NCBI RefSeq assembly: GCF_020745735.1
Contig: NC_083449.1
Coordinates: 10,080,923 to 10,144,922, forward strand
Source of the DNA: Hemiscyllium ocellatum
Taxonomy: Eukaryota
Direction: 5' to 3'
Length of the DNA: 64,000 bases
Shown here: positions 1 through 11,895 of the stretch, one piece after another
Position numbering within the stretch: position 1 is the stretch's first letter
Layout: every line of letters starts with the position of its first letter
The notes under the pieces: generated by a model
The model's input: the letters and a program-made list of their open reading frames with translations, nothing else
Databases searched by the model: none
What the model was told of the DNA's origin: nothing
Position numbers and translations under genes: made by a program

Positions 1-1845
1 CTCTGTGTTTCTCTAAAGGCCTAAACTCTCCGATTCCTCTGAAATTCCGCATCTCCAGAGAGCCAGGCTGGATCGCTCTTCACCCTGACACGGGAAGGTT
101 TGCGACTGAAAAGTTTTCACTCGAATAGATGGCTCCGCTGTCGAGTTAAACGCATTTTGCTGCCGCACAGATCGAGCTGTTTGAGCTGAGCGCTGACATT
201 ATTGGTACTTTTAGACTGAAATCTTGAAATCGACAAATACATTGTCTTAAATTCTACCTTTGGGGTCTAGTAGGGGAGCCGGGGAATAAGTTGAATTGAA
301 AATGTTTTTGATTTTCACAAGAGATACCCAAAAATATCATAATATTCATGGACACACAAACACAGTTACGTTCGACTAACCGTCCGCCCTTTTCCGACAG
401 CCTCTCTGACACAGTATTCACATTCACACAGTCACAGACAGAAATATCACCAAATGTAAGTGTGGAAGGATAGAATGTCTCCTCCTTTCAGCCTTTGCTG
501 CGGTGTCCTGGGAGTTAGTTGTAGTTTTTTTTTCTTCTCCTCAATAACTGTTACACTCTCATCAGCTCTACTGTTTACATCCTCAAAGATGGCCAGTCAG
601 TTTATCAAGCTTAGAAGACAAAACAGTGTGCACTGGAACAGGCCCTTCATGTCCATGCTGATTCTAGCAGATCCTGATTACTATTTTGTCAAATGCTTCG
701 CAATTGAAGCTTTCATTTTGATTTTTTTCCCTACAGGCTGACTGGTCTATAGTTCACAATTTTATATCTACCTCCATTTTCCATTGGATTGGTTACACTA
801 GCTCGTCCCCAGTCTGTGTAAATTAGTGCAGAGCTTATAGAATCTTGGAAGATGACCATCACTGCATCCAGCACTACTCAATCCACTACATTAAATACTC
901 TGGGACGTAGATGATCAAGGACTGGTGTTTCACAACCTTCAATCTTATCCAATGTCCCAACATCATTTCCCAAATAATACTGATTTGGTTCAATTCTTCC
1001 CTCTCACGAAACTCTTCAATATCACTACTGTGTTAGTTGTGTGAACATTTGTGAACAGAGAACAATAGTATGTTAGTGATTTTTGAGACATTTTCGTTAC
1101 CATTTTGAACTTCCCTCTTGAATGTTGTAAGTGGCATATGGTCCTCTTTGCCAACCTATTAACGTTCATTTCTCTCTTTACACATTTATTAGTGTTTTAG
1201 CAGTTTTTTTGAATGGTTTCTACAACATTACTCTTTTTTTCATTTGTTCTTTGTTAGTTAAATCCCTTTTTGCAATCATTTGCTGAATTTTGATCTGTTT
1301 GCAGCCTTCCCTTCTCGCTGTATTTCTTCCCAAATTGTAGGCCTTTTCTTTGGACCAAAAACTATCTTAAATAGTCGTTTCAAGTTTCACAACATTCTTT
1401 TTATAGGAGAGAGACCAAAATTGCACATAATATTCCAAAAGTGGCATTACCAATGTTCTGTACACCCATAACACGTTCTCCTAAGTCACATGCTCAAAGC
1501 TCTGACCAGTAAAGGAAAACATATCAAATGCCTTCTTTGCTATCCCATCTAACTATAATTCCACGTTCAAGCAACAACGAACCTGCATTCCAACGTCTTT
1601 GTTCAGCAACACTGTACAGGACGTTAATATTAAGTGTGTGAGTCCTGCCCTGATTTGCCTTCCCAAATTGCAGCACCTGATATCGATTTAAATTGAACTC
1701 AGTACGCCATTCCTGGCCCATCTGATCGAGATCCTGCTGTATTCTGAGGTAGCCTTCTTTGCAGTTTAGTACACCTACAATTTTTGTGTAACTGCAAACC
1801 TACTAACAATACCTGCAATCTCACATCCAAATCATTCATAATAAC

Positions 1846-2040
1846 GTGGAGGTGCAGGTGCTGGACTAGGATGTGCAAAGTTAAAATGACACAACACCAG
1901 GTTATACTCCAACAGGTTTATTTGGAAGTACAAGCTTTCTAAATACAGACACCAGATGGAGGAGCAGCACTCCGAAAGTTTGTACTTCTAAATAAACCTG
2001 TTGGAATAAACTTGTTCGTGTTCTGTTATTTTTTTAACTA
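1846..2040. mobile_element. Penelope-like pLTR fold-back fragment (family B) with degenerate hammerhead
   Basis: Inverted arms CAACAGGTTTATTTGGAAGTACAA / TTGTACTTCTAAATAAACCTGTTG; degenerate CAGATGGA-GGAG..CTCC-GAAAG core. Confidence 0.7.
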
Positions 2041-3210
2041 AAAGAATTTATATAAATGATGAAAAGCAGTGATCCTTGTAGCACATCACTTGTCACAGGT
2101 CTCCAGTCTGAAAAGCATCCCTCCACCACCACCCTCTGTCTTCTACCTTCGAACAAGTTCTGTATCCAAATGGCTAGTTCTCTTTGTATTCCATGTGATC
2201 CAATCTTGCTAACCAATTTCCCATGGGGAACCTTGTTGAACGCCATACAGATCACATCCACCGCTTTGCTCTCATCAGTCCTCTTCCATACCAATTCAAA
2301 AAAACTCAGTCAAGTTAGTGATACATGACTTCCCACGCAGAAAGCCATGTTGACGACCCCTAATCAATCCTGACTTTTCAAAAAAGATGTAATCCTGTCT
2401 CTCACAATCCCCTCAACTGTTTGCCTACTGTTGATGTTACGCTCACTGTTCAATAGTTCCCTAGCTTTTCCTTACCACCTTTCCTAAATAGTGGTACCAC
2501 ATTAGCCAGCCTCCAGTCTTTTTGCGCTTCACCTGTGACTATTGATGATACAAATATCTCAGCAAGTGGCTGAGATATCACTTCCTTAGCTTATCACCAT
2601 GTTCCAGGTCCATCTGATCAGGTGCTCGTGCTTTATCCACCTTTTCTGTTTAAAATCATCCAGCAGCACCTCCTCTGTGTTATGGACATTTTTTTTAAGA
2701 TGTCACTATCTGTTTCCCATGTTCTATATTTCCATTTCCTTCTCCTCAGTAAGCACTTGCTTAGTATCTCCCACATTTCGTGTTGTTCCACACATAGGCT
2801 AACTTGCTAATCTTTGCTGGGCCCTCTTCTTTCCCTGGTTACCATTTTGACCTTCATGTATTTATAAAATCTATTTGAATTCTCATTAACACTGTTTGCC
2901 AAAGCTATGTTATGTCCTTTTTTTGCACTCCTCTTTTCCTTCTCAAGTATATCCCTACTGCCTTTATACTCTTGGAAAGATTCACTCAATCTCTGCTGCA
3001 TTTAACTAACATTTGCTTCCTTCTTATTTGGACGAAAACCTCAATTTCTTTTCTCATGCAGCACCTCCTACACCAACCAGTGTTGCCTTTCACCCGAACA
3101 GGAACATACTGTCTCTGTACCCTCATTTTCTCATTTTTGAAGGCTTTCCATTTTTCAGCCATCACTTTACCTGTGAACATCTGCCCTCAGTCAAACTTTG
3201 AAAGTTTTTG

Positions 3211-3408
3211 AGTAAAAAGTGAGGTCTGCAGATGCTGGAGATCAGAGCTGAAAATGTGTTGCTGGTTAAAGCGCAGCAGGTCAGGCAGCATCCAAGGAAC
3301 AGGAAATTCGACGTTTCGGGCAAAAGCCCTTTTTGCCCGAAACGTCGAATTTCCTGTTCCTTGGATGCTGCCTGACCTGCTGCGCTTTAACCAGCAACAC
3401 ATTTTCAG
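3211..3408 (-). mobile_element. Penelope-like fold-back mini-element (family A), 15-bp TSD
   Basis: ~80-bp near-perfect inverted arms; TSD CTTTGAAAGTTTTTG at 3196-3210 and 3409-3423. Confidence 0.85.
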
Positions 3409-4784
3409 CTTTGAAAGTTTTTGCACAATACTGTCAAAATTGGCCTTCCTCCAAATTAGAAATGTAACTTTTAGATCTGGTCTATCCTTTTCCATCAGAG
3501 TTTTAAAACTAATAAAATTATGGTTGTTGGCCCCAAAGTGCTCCCCCACTGACACATCATTATATCACAAGAGTAGGTCAAGATTTGCACCTTGTCTGGA
3601 AGATACATTCACATACTGAATCAGAAACTTTTCTTGTACACACTTAAGAAATTCCTTTCTGTCTAAACTATTAGCAATATGGCAGCCATAATCTATGTTT
3701 GGAATGTTAAAATCCCTCACCATAACCACACCTGTATTCCTGCAGATCTAAGATCTCCTGACAAATTTGTTTCTCAATTTCCTGCTGACTGTTAGGGTGT
3801 CTACGGTCCAATCCCAATAAGGTGATTAAACCCTTTCTTATTTCTCAGTTCCATCCAAACAATTTCCATGGATATAAGTCCAGGAATATCCTCCCTCCGT
3901 AAAGATGTGATCTTATATCTTACCAAACATGTCACTCCCCATTTTCTCTTGCTGACCCCTCTCCCCATCCTTCCTATAACTTTTGATTACAAGAACATTA
4001 AGGTGCCAGTGTGTCATCCCAAACCATGTCTTTGTAATTGCTATGATATCCCAATTCCAATCCCACTTTCCTAACCATGTCCTGAGTTCATCCTCCTTCC
4101 CTGTTAGGCCTCTTGCATTGAAATAAATGCAGTTTTAGTTATCAATCCAACCACATTCTCTGCTATGTTCCTGTCTGCCCTGGGTGTTTGACTTACCGAC
4201 TCACCAGCCTCAGATTGATATCTTTGTTCACTATCTCCCCGGTTCCCACTGACCTCACCCCACGCCCACACTTTACTAGTTTAACCCGTCCCCCGTAGCT
4301 CAAGGAAATGTGCCTGCCAATATAGGAGATCCCTTCCAATTCAGGTGTATTCCATCCTTTTTCTACAAATCACGTCTTCCCCAGAAGATATTCCAATGAT
4401 CCAAAAATTTGAACACCTGTCCCCTGCACCAGCTCCTGAGTTGGGCATTCCTCTGCTCTATCATCCCATTCCTACCCTCAGTCGCTCGTAGCAGCGGGAG
4501 TAATCTAGATATTACTACCGGAGAGGACCTCCTTTCTAAATTTTTGCCTCTCTTCCTTATCCTTCCTTCGAAATCTCATCCCTTTCCCTTCCTGTGTAGT
4601 TAGTTCCAATGTGTACGTCCCTTTGTGAATATCTTGCATTCTCTTCGAGATATCCTTGATCCTGACACCAGGGAGACAACACACTATTCTGATTTCACCC
4701 TATCGGCCAGAGAGACGTCTGTCTGTGCCGCTGACAAAGAGATTCGAGTTTTGTAATTTGTAAAAGGAGGACCTTCGAAATCGC

Positions 4785-4822
4785 GACTACCTCCATCTAA
4801 AACGACTACCTCCATCTAAAAG
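4785..4822. repeat. 19-bp tandem duplication CGACTACCTCCATCTAAAA x2
   Basis: Direct read. Confidence 0.85.
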
Positions 4823-4867
4823 GCAGCTGATATCAGGGAACACCGCCTTGATGTCGGACAGGTTCCC

Positions 4868-5060
4868 CTCTAAGGCACTCACCATGCTGACTTGGAAATA
4901 AAACCGCTTTCTTTCACTGTTATTGGATCAAGATCCTGGAACTCCGTGTTCATGGCATTGTGGGCAGTACTTGGACAACAGCTGTTCCAGAAGGTGGCTC
5001 AACACCGCCTTTTCAAAGGGATGGAGAATAAATGGTAGGCTCAGCCTCCGGCATCCACTT
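4868..5060 (+). mobile_element. SINE/LINE 3' tail fragment (DeuSINE/SacSINE-like)
   Basis: CCATGCTGACTTGGAAATA...GGGATGGAGAATAAATG tail; similar pieces at ~8130-8340 and ~35560-35640. Confidence 0.5.
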
Positions 5061-5654
5061 TGCAGGAGTGAATAAACAAAACAGCTGGGGTGTCTCGTTG
5101 TGGCATACAATACATCACAATTTTTTGTCTATAGCATGCATGACAGTAAAATCTGTCATCCACGACAAACTAAATCGAGTCCCAGAGATGTTATTGCACT
5201 TTTACACGGGCCTCCTGACCCAGAAATAAGCACTGACACTGTGATTCAAGACTCTCTCCATCAGTTATTTTCTGCCTTCGTAAAAATGGTCCACTTATTC
5301 CATCTCTCTGTATGTTACTTTGGGCAACGAGTTAATATTTGTGGATGAGGGGTCAGCAGGATTAAATACCACAGTTAACATTTGATCAGAAGTGATGTTA
5401 TCGAAAGGGAGAACACAGAGGATGGGCTGAGTGGCCTCCAGCTTCTCCGCTCCCTGATCAGATTGTGAGTGCTGGAGGGAGGAGTTATTAAGATGACCTG
5501 GGAATGAGCTCCGTTGGAGCTTCAAAAAGGGGCAATTCCCAGCTTGAAACCTTGTCCGCCCTTTCCTCCACAGCCTCAGTTCCTTTGGTCAAACTGGGAG
5601 AAAAGGGAATTGGGGAAATGACCAATTGTTGTTTATTTCTGGGAACGTTTGTGA

Positions 5655-5760
5655 AAACATCGCATGCGCAGTGCCTCACCGCACGCTCGCCTCCTCCAAT
5701 GCTGATTGTTCCTGACCAGAGGAGCGCATGCGTGAGACCCTCCCCCAGCGCTGCCATTGA
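5655..5760 (+). promoter_or_regulatory. CpG-rich promoter with two NRF1-like GCGCATGCGC motifs
   Basis: CGCATGCGCA 5661-5670 and GCGCATGCG 5724-5732 immediately upstream of exon 1. Confidence 0.55.
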
Positions 5761-5870
5761 GGAGCATTCAATTAGTGAGTGCAAGAGGTTTGTTTGAAAC
5801 AGACCGCAATGGAGAGGTCAGCGCTCAGGGAAGCGAGGGATCAGCAGGCTCCTTCCAGCAGCACATCGGG

Positions 5871-5919
5871 ATGGGAGCCTGGGACACAGAGGGGGCTCCG
5901 AGACCGGGATTGATTCGGG
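5871..5919 (+). CDS. Putative coding part of exon 1 of an unidentified spliced gene (MGAWDTEGAPRPGLIR|G), copy A
   Basis: Strong Kozak GGGATGG, donor CGGG|GTGAGT at 5919/5920, phase 1; identical 49 nt at 56151-56199(-). Confidence 0.55.
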
Positions 5920-6574
5920 GTGAGTTCAGAGAGAACCGGGGGCTGTTTGTAAGAGGCCGAGCGGAGCAGGAACTGGTCCCGGAACTTGGAGTGAGCGGGC
6001 TGGGGGGAGGAGAGAGGCTTTTCTCGGGCTGTGTGTGGGCCTGCTGAGGGAGACAGAGTGGAAGAAGCTGCTGTGGGACATTCTTGGGGTTTGCAATCCC
6101 CTAAACTCTGATGGAAATTCATTGTTTGGCTTCTGTTTCACGCTGTTTATTGCGAAAACAGACATTGAAATAAAGGACAGTAGAAACAAATGTGATAATC
6201 CTGTGTAGGATAAATATAGCAGGCACCGGATAAACGCCTCCAACCAAGTATGTGAAATCGTGTCCAGTATTTGTGTTTCAACAGTTAATGTATTGGGAGC
6301 TGGACATTGAACTGTGTAATCATTCCATTTGCGGAGATATCCATATGTTGGTGAGTTTATTTTATCAAAGTGAAATGTTTTAGAATTTGGGAAACAGAAA
6401 AAGACTAGAAGGAGCTCAGGGCTCGAGTGGAACCAGGATCTGCACTATTCATCTTGCCTCGTTCAAAAACAAATAATTATAATGATCATGACCTGAACAT
6501 TGCATTGATCATTTGATGTCTTCCTACTCAGCTGCTCGTGATGTACAGAGCTCTCTCTTTTGTTCTTTCTCCAG

Positions 6575-6629
6575 GCAAATATTTGATGGACCAGTACAAG
6601 GGTGACCAGATGCTTCTCACACCCAGCAG
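6575..6629 (+). CDS. Putative exon 2 (55 nt; GKYLMDQYKGDQMLLTPS)
   Basis: Acceptor TTCTTTCTCCAG, donor CAG|GTATGT; open in frame with exon 1; 27 nt shorter than the 82-nt paralogs. Confidence 0.55.
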
Positions 6630-9014
6630 GTATGTTACCACTGTCAGAGAGGAGAATATCCTTTCCACTGTCTGAGTGATTGAGCCAGACACACATTGAG
6701 CTCCATTTCCAGAAGTACCCATTCAATCCAATAGTTAAACACAACTGACAATACATAAATCTATGTTATTTTGCCCTGTTCTCAGTGCTTACTACCTCAG
6801 TGACAGTAAATTCCATCATTCAAAGCCAATTATCATTCATAAGATTAGAAGCAGTTTAGACTGCTTGTAATAAATATATTTTTATGAGCTGCATTAAATT
6901 CATATGTAATTTTGCATTTTTAAAGTTACAACCAATTTGAACAAACCGATCATGGTGTTACATGGTTATATATATGAAGTAGATATTGAGTGCAGATGTA
7001 GAGGCAATGTTGGACATTTATGAGTAATTGAGCAGGACAAAATTATACTTTTGATAAATAGTTGTCCTCTACAAAGACATTAATCAAACAATGCAAATGT
7101 CAAATGAACCTCTTGATCAAGCCTTATCTACAGAGGATGCTTCTAGGGAGGATGCTTAATGCTCATTCACATACGTACATACACATCTGTGTCTGTCCCT
7201 GTCTCTCTCATTCTCACTCTCAGCCTAGTGTTGATGAAAACACACTTCATGCACGCTCCCATTCTGGTTGAGGGCCTCAGTAATACAGAAGCATTTCCAT
7301 ACTTTTTTAATGTATGAAACACTGATTGATAAGTCCTTAAAACCACCTCATAAAGTGTATCAGAATTGGAATCACACAGAGACATACAGACAATGTTGGC
7401 CAGTGCCAATCTTTAAAGTGATACAGGTTGGCAGCACAACAGAAAACTCACTCTCACTCAGCCAGTTAATGGTAAAAGGGGAAAAAAAATGCAATTCAGT
7501 TCCACAACTACTTCCAGATATGGACAGTCATAAATTGACTGACCACATTATTAATCGCTTCAGAAGATGTTAGTATTAGATGTTACATTATTGCAGTGTC
7601 CAGCAGCAACTGCCAAAGACTACTGCACACACAAAATGTGAAAAGAACACTGAGATTGAATACAATAAAATTCAGATTCTTGGCAAAGATAAGTATTGAA
7701 CCAACCTTAATCCCTCAATCACACAGGTTAATCAAATATTGAACGGGTTTATCCTACACTCTGCTGAAAAAATACAACTGAATATAGAGAATGGCATCCA
7801 TATACTCGACTTGTCACTGTTGCACACAGAGCAAAACTGGCACTCTAGGTATTCAAAGGCCAATAACTGCAGAACTAATCTCAAATTGGCATTTACACCG
7901 AGACACTGGCAGTGAGTGAAAGAAGATTAGAATCCTAATAATTAGTGGAAACTCTTATGGAGAACAGAATAAGAATAGAATGTCCCAGTGCAGACACAAC
8001 AGGCTGAATGGCTGTACCAATTCTGTGACTGAGTCATAAATCACAAAATGCACAAGAGATTAAGGCCCAATCTCAACACCCTAACCACTATTATTAGATT
8101 GAATCTCAGTCACAGAATTTTATTTTCTAATTCATTCATGGGATGGGGGCATCACTGACTCGGCCAGCATTTATTGCCCATCTCTAACTACCCCTGCAGC
8201 CACATTGATGTGGGTCTGTTGTCACATGCAGGCCAGACAAGGGAAGGATGGCAGTTTCCTTCATTCAAGGACATTACTGAACCAGATGTGCTTTTCAGGC
8301 AATCAACAATAGATTCATGGATATCATTAGACTCTTAGAATATTATTGGCTGCCAGAGAATTGAGCAACTTTGTTATATAAGAGTTGAAAGTGACTGGAA
8401 CTCATTGAGAACTTCACTCTCACAGTCACATAGCAGAAACTGGCATGTATAGATCAATTCCTAAATTGATACATGGACAGCAGAAATTGACATGTATACA
8501 TCAAGTCCTAAACTCCTGTGTGGACATAACCAAAACTGACAGACATTGATTGATATCTGCTCTCACATATTCACATAGCAGCAACTGTAAGGGAGATAAC
8601 AATAATCATGGACACACCTATGACAGGTAAGGTTGATAACTAGACTAACACATTCGCATAGCAAAACCTGACAGGTACAGTATGATAAATGAATTTGCAC
8701 ATTTATAAACAAGAAGTTGATAAATACAAATTAATAACTGCACTCTCAGATGCACAGAGCAGAATCTGACAGGGACAAGCTGGTTATTAACTCACACATG
8801 CAGGTGGCAGTAAATTTCAGAGAAAGATTGATAACTACACTCTCATATTCATAAAGCAGAAACTGATTGGAATAGATTGATTATGCTTCCAATTTCAAAT
8901 TGCATAAATTGACGTGTACACTTTGATAATGACACTCACACATTCACAGAGAAGAAACTGACAGGCAGAGATTGATTACAAAAAAACATTAGTGGAAAAT
9001 TCACAGGTCTGGCA

Positions 9015-9600
9015 GTGTTTCAGGTCAAGTGACCAGTCTTTAGAACTGATGGTGGCAAAGATATTGCACACAATGTGGTCTCGTCTATGTTGGGGAAACT
9101 GAGTGTAGATTGGGTGTCCACTGTGCAGAACACCTACATTTTGTCCAGACGAGAAGACTTTGTGCTTCTATTTGCATGCCACTTCAACACATCACCCTGT
9201 TCCCTGTCTCAGGCTCGCTGCAGTGCTCCAGCGAAACTCAGTGCAAGCTGGAAGAACGACACCCCATTTTCTGCTTGGGACCTTGACAGCCTTGTGGACT
9301 CAATATTGAGTTCAACAACTACAAGGCTTGAGCTCTCCCATGTCATTACCCAAAACCCCACATGTCCGGCCTTGTTAACATATAGTCTGCTATTATACAC
9401 CACCAATTATTAGCCACTAACAGGCTGTATTAATAGGCTATTCACCCACTTAGTCTGGCAGTTATCCACTCATTTGTCTGTCCTACTGTTCTTCTCTTTC
9501 TTTGGACTCTATCTCCATCTGTCTTTTATTCATCACCCTTCCACTCACCCTATCTTCTGTATAAAAACTAATATTTTCCGAGCTACCACCAGAAAATACA
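9015..9600 (+). mobile_element. Decayed Penelope-like element, GIY-YIG C-terminal remnant
   Basis: Remnant ..CHFNTSPCSL.. and KLEERH.IFCLG-like sequence, resembling the 51 kb element. Confidence 0.6.
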
Positions 9601-9685
9601 GAAGCTTGAATACACCACCCAACAAACCCAAGAACAGCTTCTCTGCTGTTATCAGACTTTTGAATGAACTGCTCAAATTTTAAAG

Positions 9686-9889
9686 CAAAAGTGGGTACTG
9701 CAGATGCTGGAGATCAGAGTCAAGATGAGAGTGGTGCTGGAAAAGCACAGCAGGTCAGGCAGTATCCGAGGAGGAGGAATATCAATGTTTCGGACATTCC
9801 TAATGAAAGGCTTTTGCCCAAAATGTCTATTTTCCTGCTCCTCGGGTGCTGCCTGACCTGCTGTGCTTTTCGAGCACCACTCTAATCTT
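9686..9889 (-). mobile_element. Penelope-like fold-back mini-element, 15-bp TSD, degenerate hammerhead
   Basis: Inverted arms; TSD GCTCAA(A/T)TTTTAAAG at 9671-9685 and 9890-9904. Confidence 0.8.
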
Positions 9890-11542
9890 GCTCAATTTTT
9901 AAAGTTAATCTCTGTCTCTTTGAAGTTTTAACACTGTATTGCGGATTCTATTCTATTACCCTGATGCATTTTGTATAATATTATCTGCCTGTAAAGTGCA
10001 CAAAACAATGCTTTCCATTGTATCTCGGTGTGTGTCACAATAATAAATCAGATCAAATCAAATGGATAACTACACTCTGAGCAGAATCTGAGAGGTATCA
10101 GTTGATAACTTCAGTCACAAACTGACAGGAAAAGATTGATAAATACACTCAAACACTGACATTACAGAGCCTGACAGAGAAAGATGGATAACTAAACTCT
10201 CACATTCACAAAGCAGAAACTGATAGGGACAGGTGAAAACTCTGCTCACATGTTCACATATTAGAAACTGGAAGGATTGACAATTACACAAACATTTTAA
10301 CCAAGCAGAAACTGACAGCTACAGATTGACAACTATACTTATGTATTCACACGGCAGAGTCTGAAAGATACAGATTGACAGTTACACTCACTTTGACAAA
10401 GAAGAAACTGACAGCTAGAGAATGGTAACTGTACTGACACATTCACATCGCTGACACTGACAACTACAGTTTGATTAATACACCCACATTCACAGAGCAG
10501 AAGCTGATGGGTACTGATCAATAACTGTATTTGCATATTGACAGGGAAGAAACTGACAGGGACAGATTGGTATCTACACTGTCATATTGACATAGTAGAA
10601 ACAGATTTACAATGACATTCTGGTGTCAAATAGCAAAACCTGACAGATACTGTTTGATAATTGCTCTCCCATATTGATATAGCTTAAACTTGTAGGTAGA
10701 GATCAATATCTACATTCTCACAAAATAACAGATGGATACAAATTGATGACAGTAGAAATTGACAGGTAGAGACTAATATCAAAACTCGGATTCTCATAAC
10801 TGAAATTGACAGGTTCAGGTTGATAATTATACTCTCAGACACACAGCAGAAACTGTTAGGGACAGATTGGTAAGCAAACAAACACATTCGCAGGGCAGAA
10901 ACTGACAGATACATATAGAGAACTAAACTCACATATCCACGTCGGAGAAACACATAGGGACTGATCCTGTTTATTTAAAATGTATGTAATGTATTTATCA
11001 ACTAGTCCCTGGCAGTTTCCTCTATGTGGATACAAGATCTCAGTTATCAATCTTCACCTGTCGGATTATGTTCTGTGAATGTATCAGTGTAGTTATCAGT
11101 CTGTCCCTATTTGTCACTGTGATGAGAGAATGTAAATATATTTACCAGAGAGTGACAGCGACAGATTGGTAACTGCATTCACTCGCATATTTGTACAGAT
11201 TTTGCTGATTGATAATTACAGTTTGATAATTACACTCCGATATTCACATAGCAGCATTTAACAGGTACATCTTGATAATTGTCTCCACAAATTCACTGAG
11301 CAAGAACTGACCACGATAGATAGATAAGGAAACTTTCATATCCAGTTGCGCAGTTGCATTAGATTAACCCAGTTGTAGAGGTGTTGGTTAGTATCTGGTT
11401 CGCAGTGAATTGCTACAGATTATTTTGATACAGTCACCAAAGAGCAGCTCAGGCCAAGAATAGAATCAGCCCTGTGGTCCTGTGGAATTGCTGTCTTGAA
11501 GGAAGAACAGCCTAATGATTAAGTTAATGAAATAATTTAATA

Positions 11543-11770
11543 ATGTGGAGTTTGCACGTTCTCCCCGTGTCTGCGTGGGTTTCCTCCGGGTGCTCCGGTT
11601 TCCTCCCACAGTCCAAAGATGTGCAGGTCAGGTGAATTGGCTAAGCTAAATTGCCCGTAGTGTTAGGTAAGGGGTAAATGTAGGGGTATGGGTGGGTTAC
11701 GCTTCGGCGGGTCGGTGTGGACTTGTTGGGCCGAAGGGCCTGTTTCCACACTGTAAGTCTAATCTAAAAA
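11543..11770 (+). mobile_element. V-SINE (HE1-like), 5'-truncated
   Basis: V-domain GTGGAGTTTGCACGTTCTCCCCGTGTCTGCGTGGGTTTCCTCCGGGTGCTCCGG plus CR1-like tail and A-rich end. Confidence 0.85.
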
Positions 11771-11813
11771 AAAATGTTGATTTACAGATGATGTCTCTTC
11801 TGTCTTCCTCCAG

Positions 11814-11895
11814 ACAATTACTTGAAGGACCGAGATAGTGTAATATGTCCTCAGTACAAAGCCAAATGTGATCAGTTCCTTCTAACAAACAGCAG
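11814..11895 (+). CDS. Putative 82-nt exon paralog (DNYLKDRDSVICPQYKAKCDQFLLTNS)
   Basis: Acceptor TCTTCCTCCAG, donor CAG|GTATGT, open in the phase-1 frame. Confidence 0.5.

Larger units (their letters stand above)
670..4740 (-). mobile_element. Decayed CR1-clade LINE(s) (ORF1/endonuclease/RT remnants), interrupted by Penelope-like insertions
   Basis: Minus-strand ORF fragments with CR1 RT motifs (AFNKVPHGKLV..WIQN..RRQRVVV..SDWRPVTS.V.QGS; EHFG..NHN.ISF); many stops and frameshifts. Confidence 0.85.
8410..11340 (+). repeat. Degenerate ~49-bp minisatellite arrays (8410-9000, 10060-10960, 11040-11340)
   Basis: Recurring CACATTCACATAGCAGAAACTGACAGGTACAGATTGATAACTACACTCT-like units; interrupted by Penelope/L2 pieces. 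Confidence 0.85.

Noticed and set aside
455-610. Minus-strand coding-looking stretch (LAIFEDVNSRADESVTVIEEKKKKLQL...)
   Set aside because: Short, preceded by a stop, no in-frame splice support and no recognisable family.
3254-3619. Recurrent MCCWLK... ORFs (also 14080, 38475, 46393)
   Set aside because: Translations of the non-coding Penelope pLTR hairpin.
10060-10960. CRISPR-like periodicity
   Set aside because: Degenerate tandem units without unique spacers, in a eukaryotic context.
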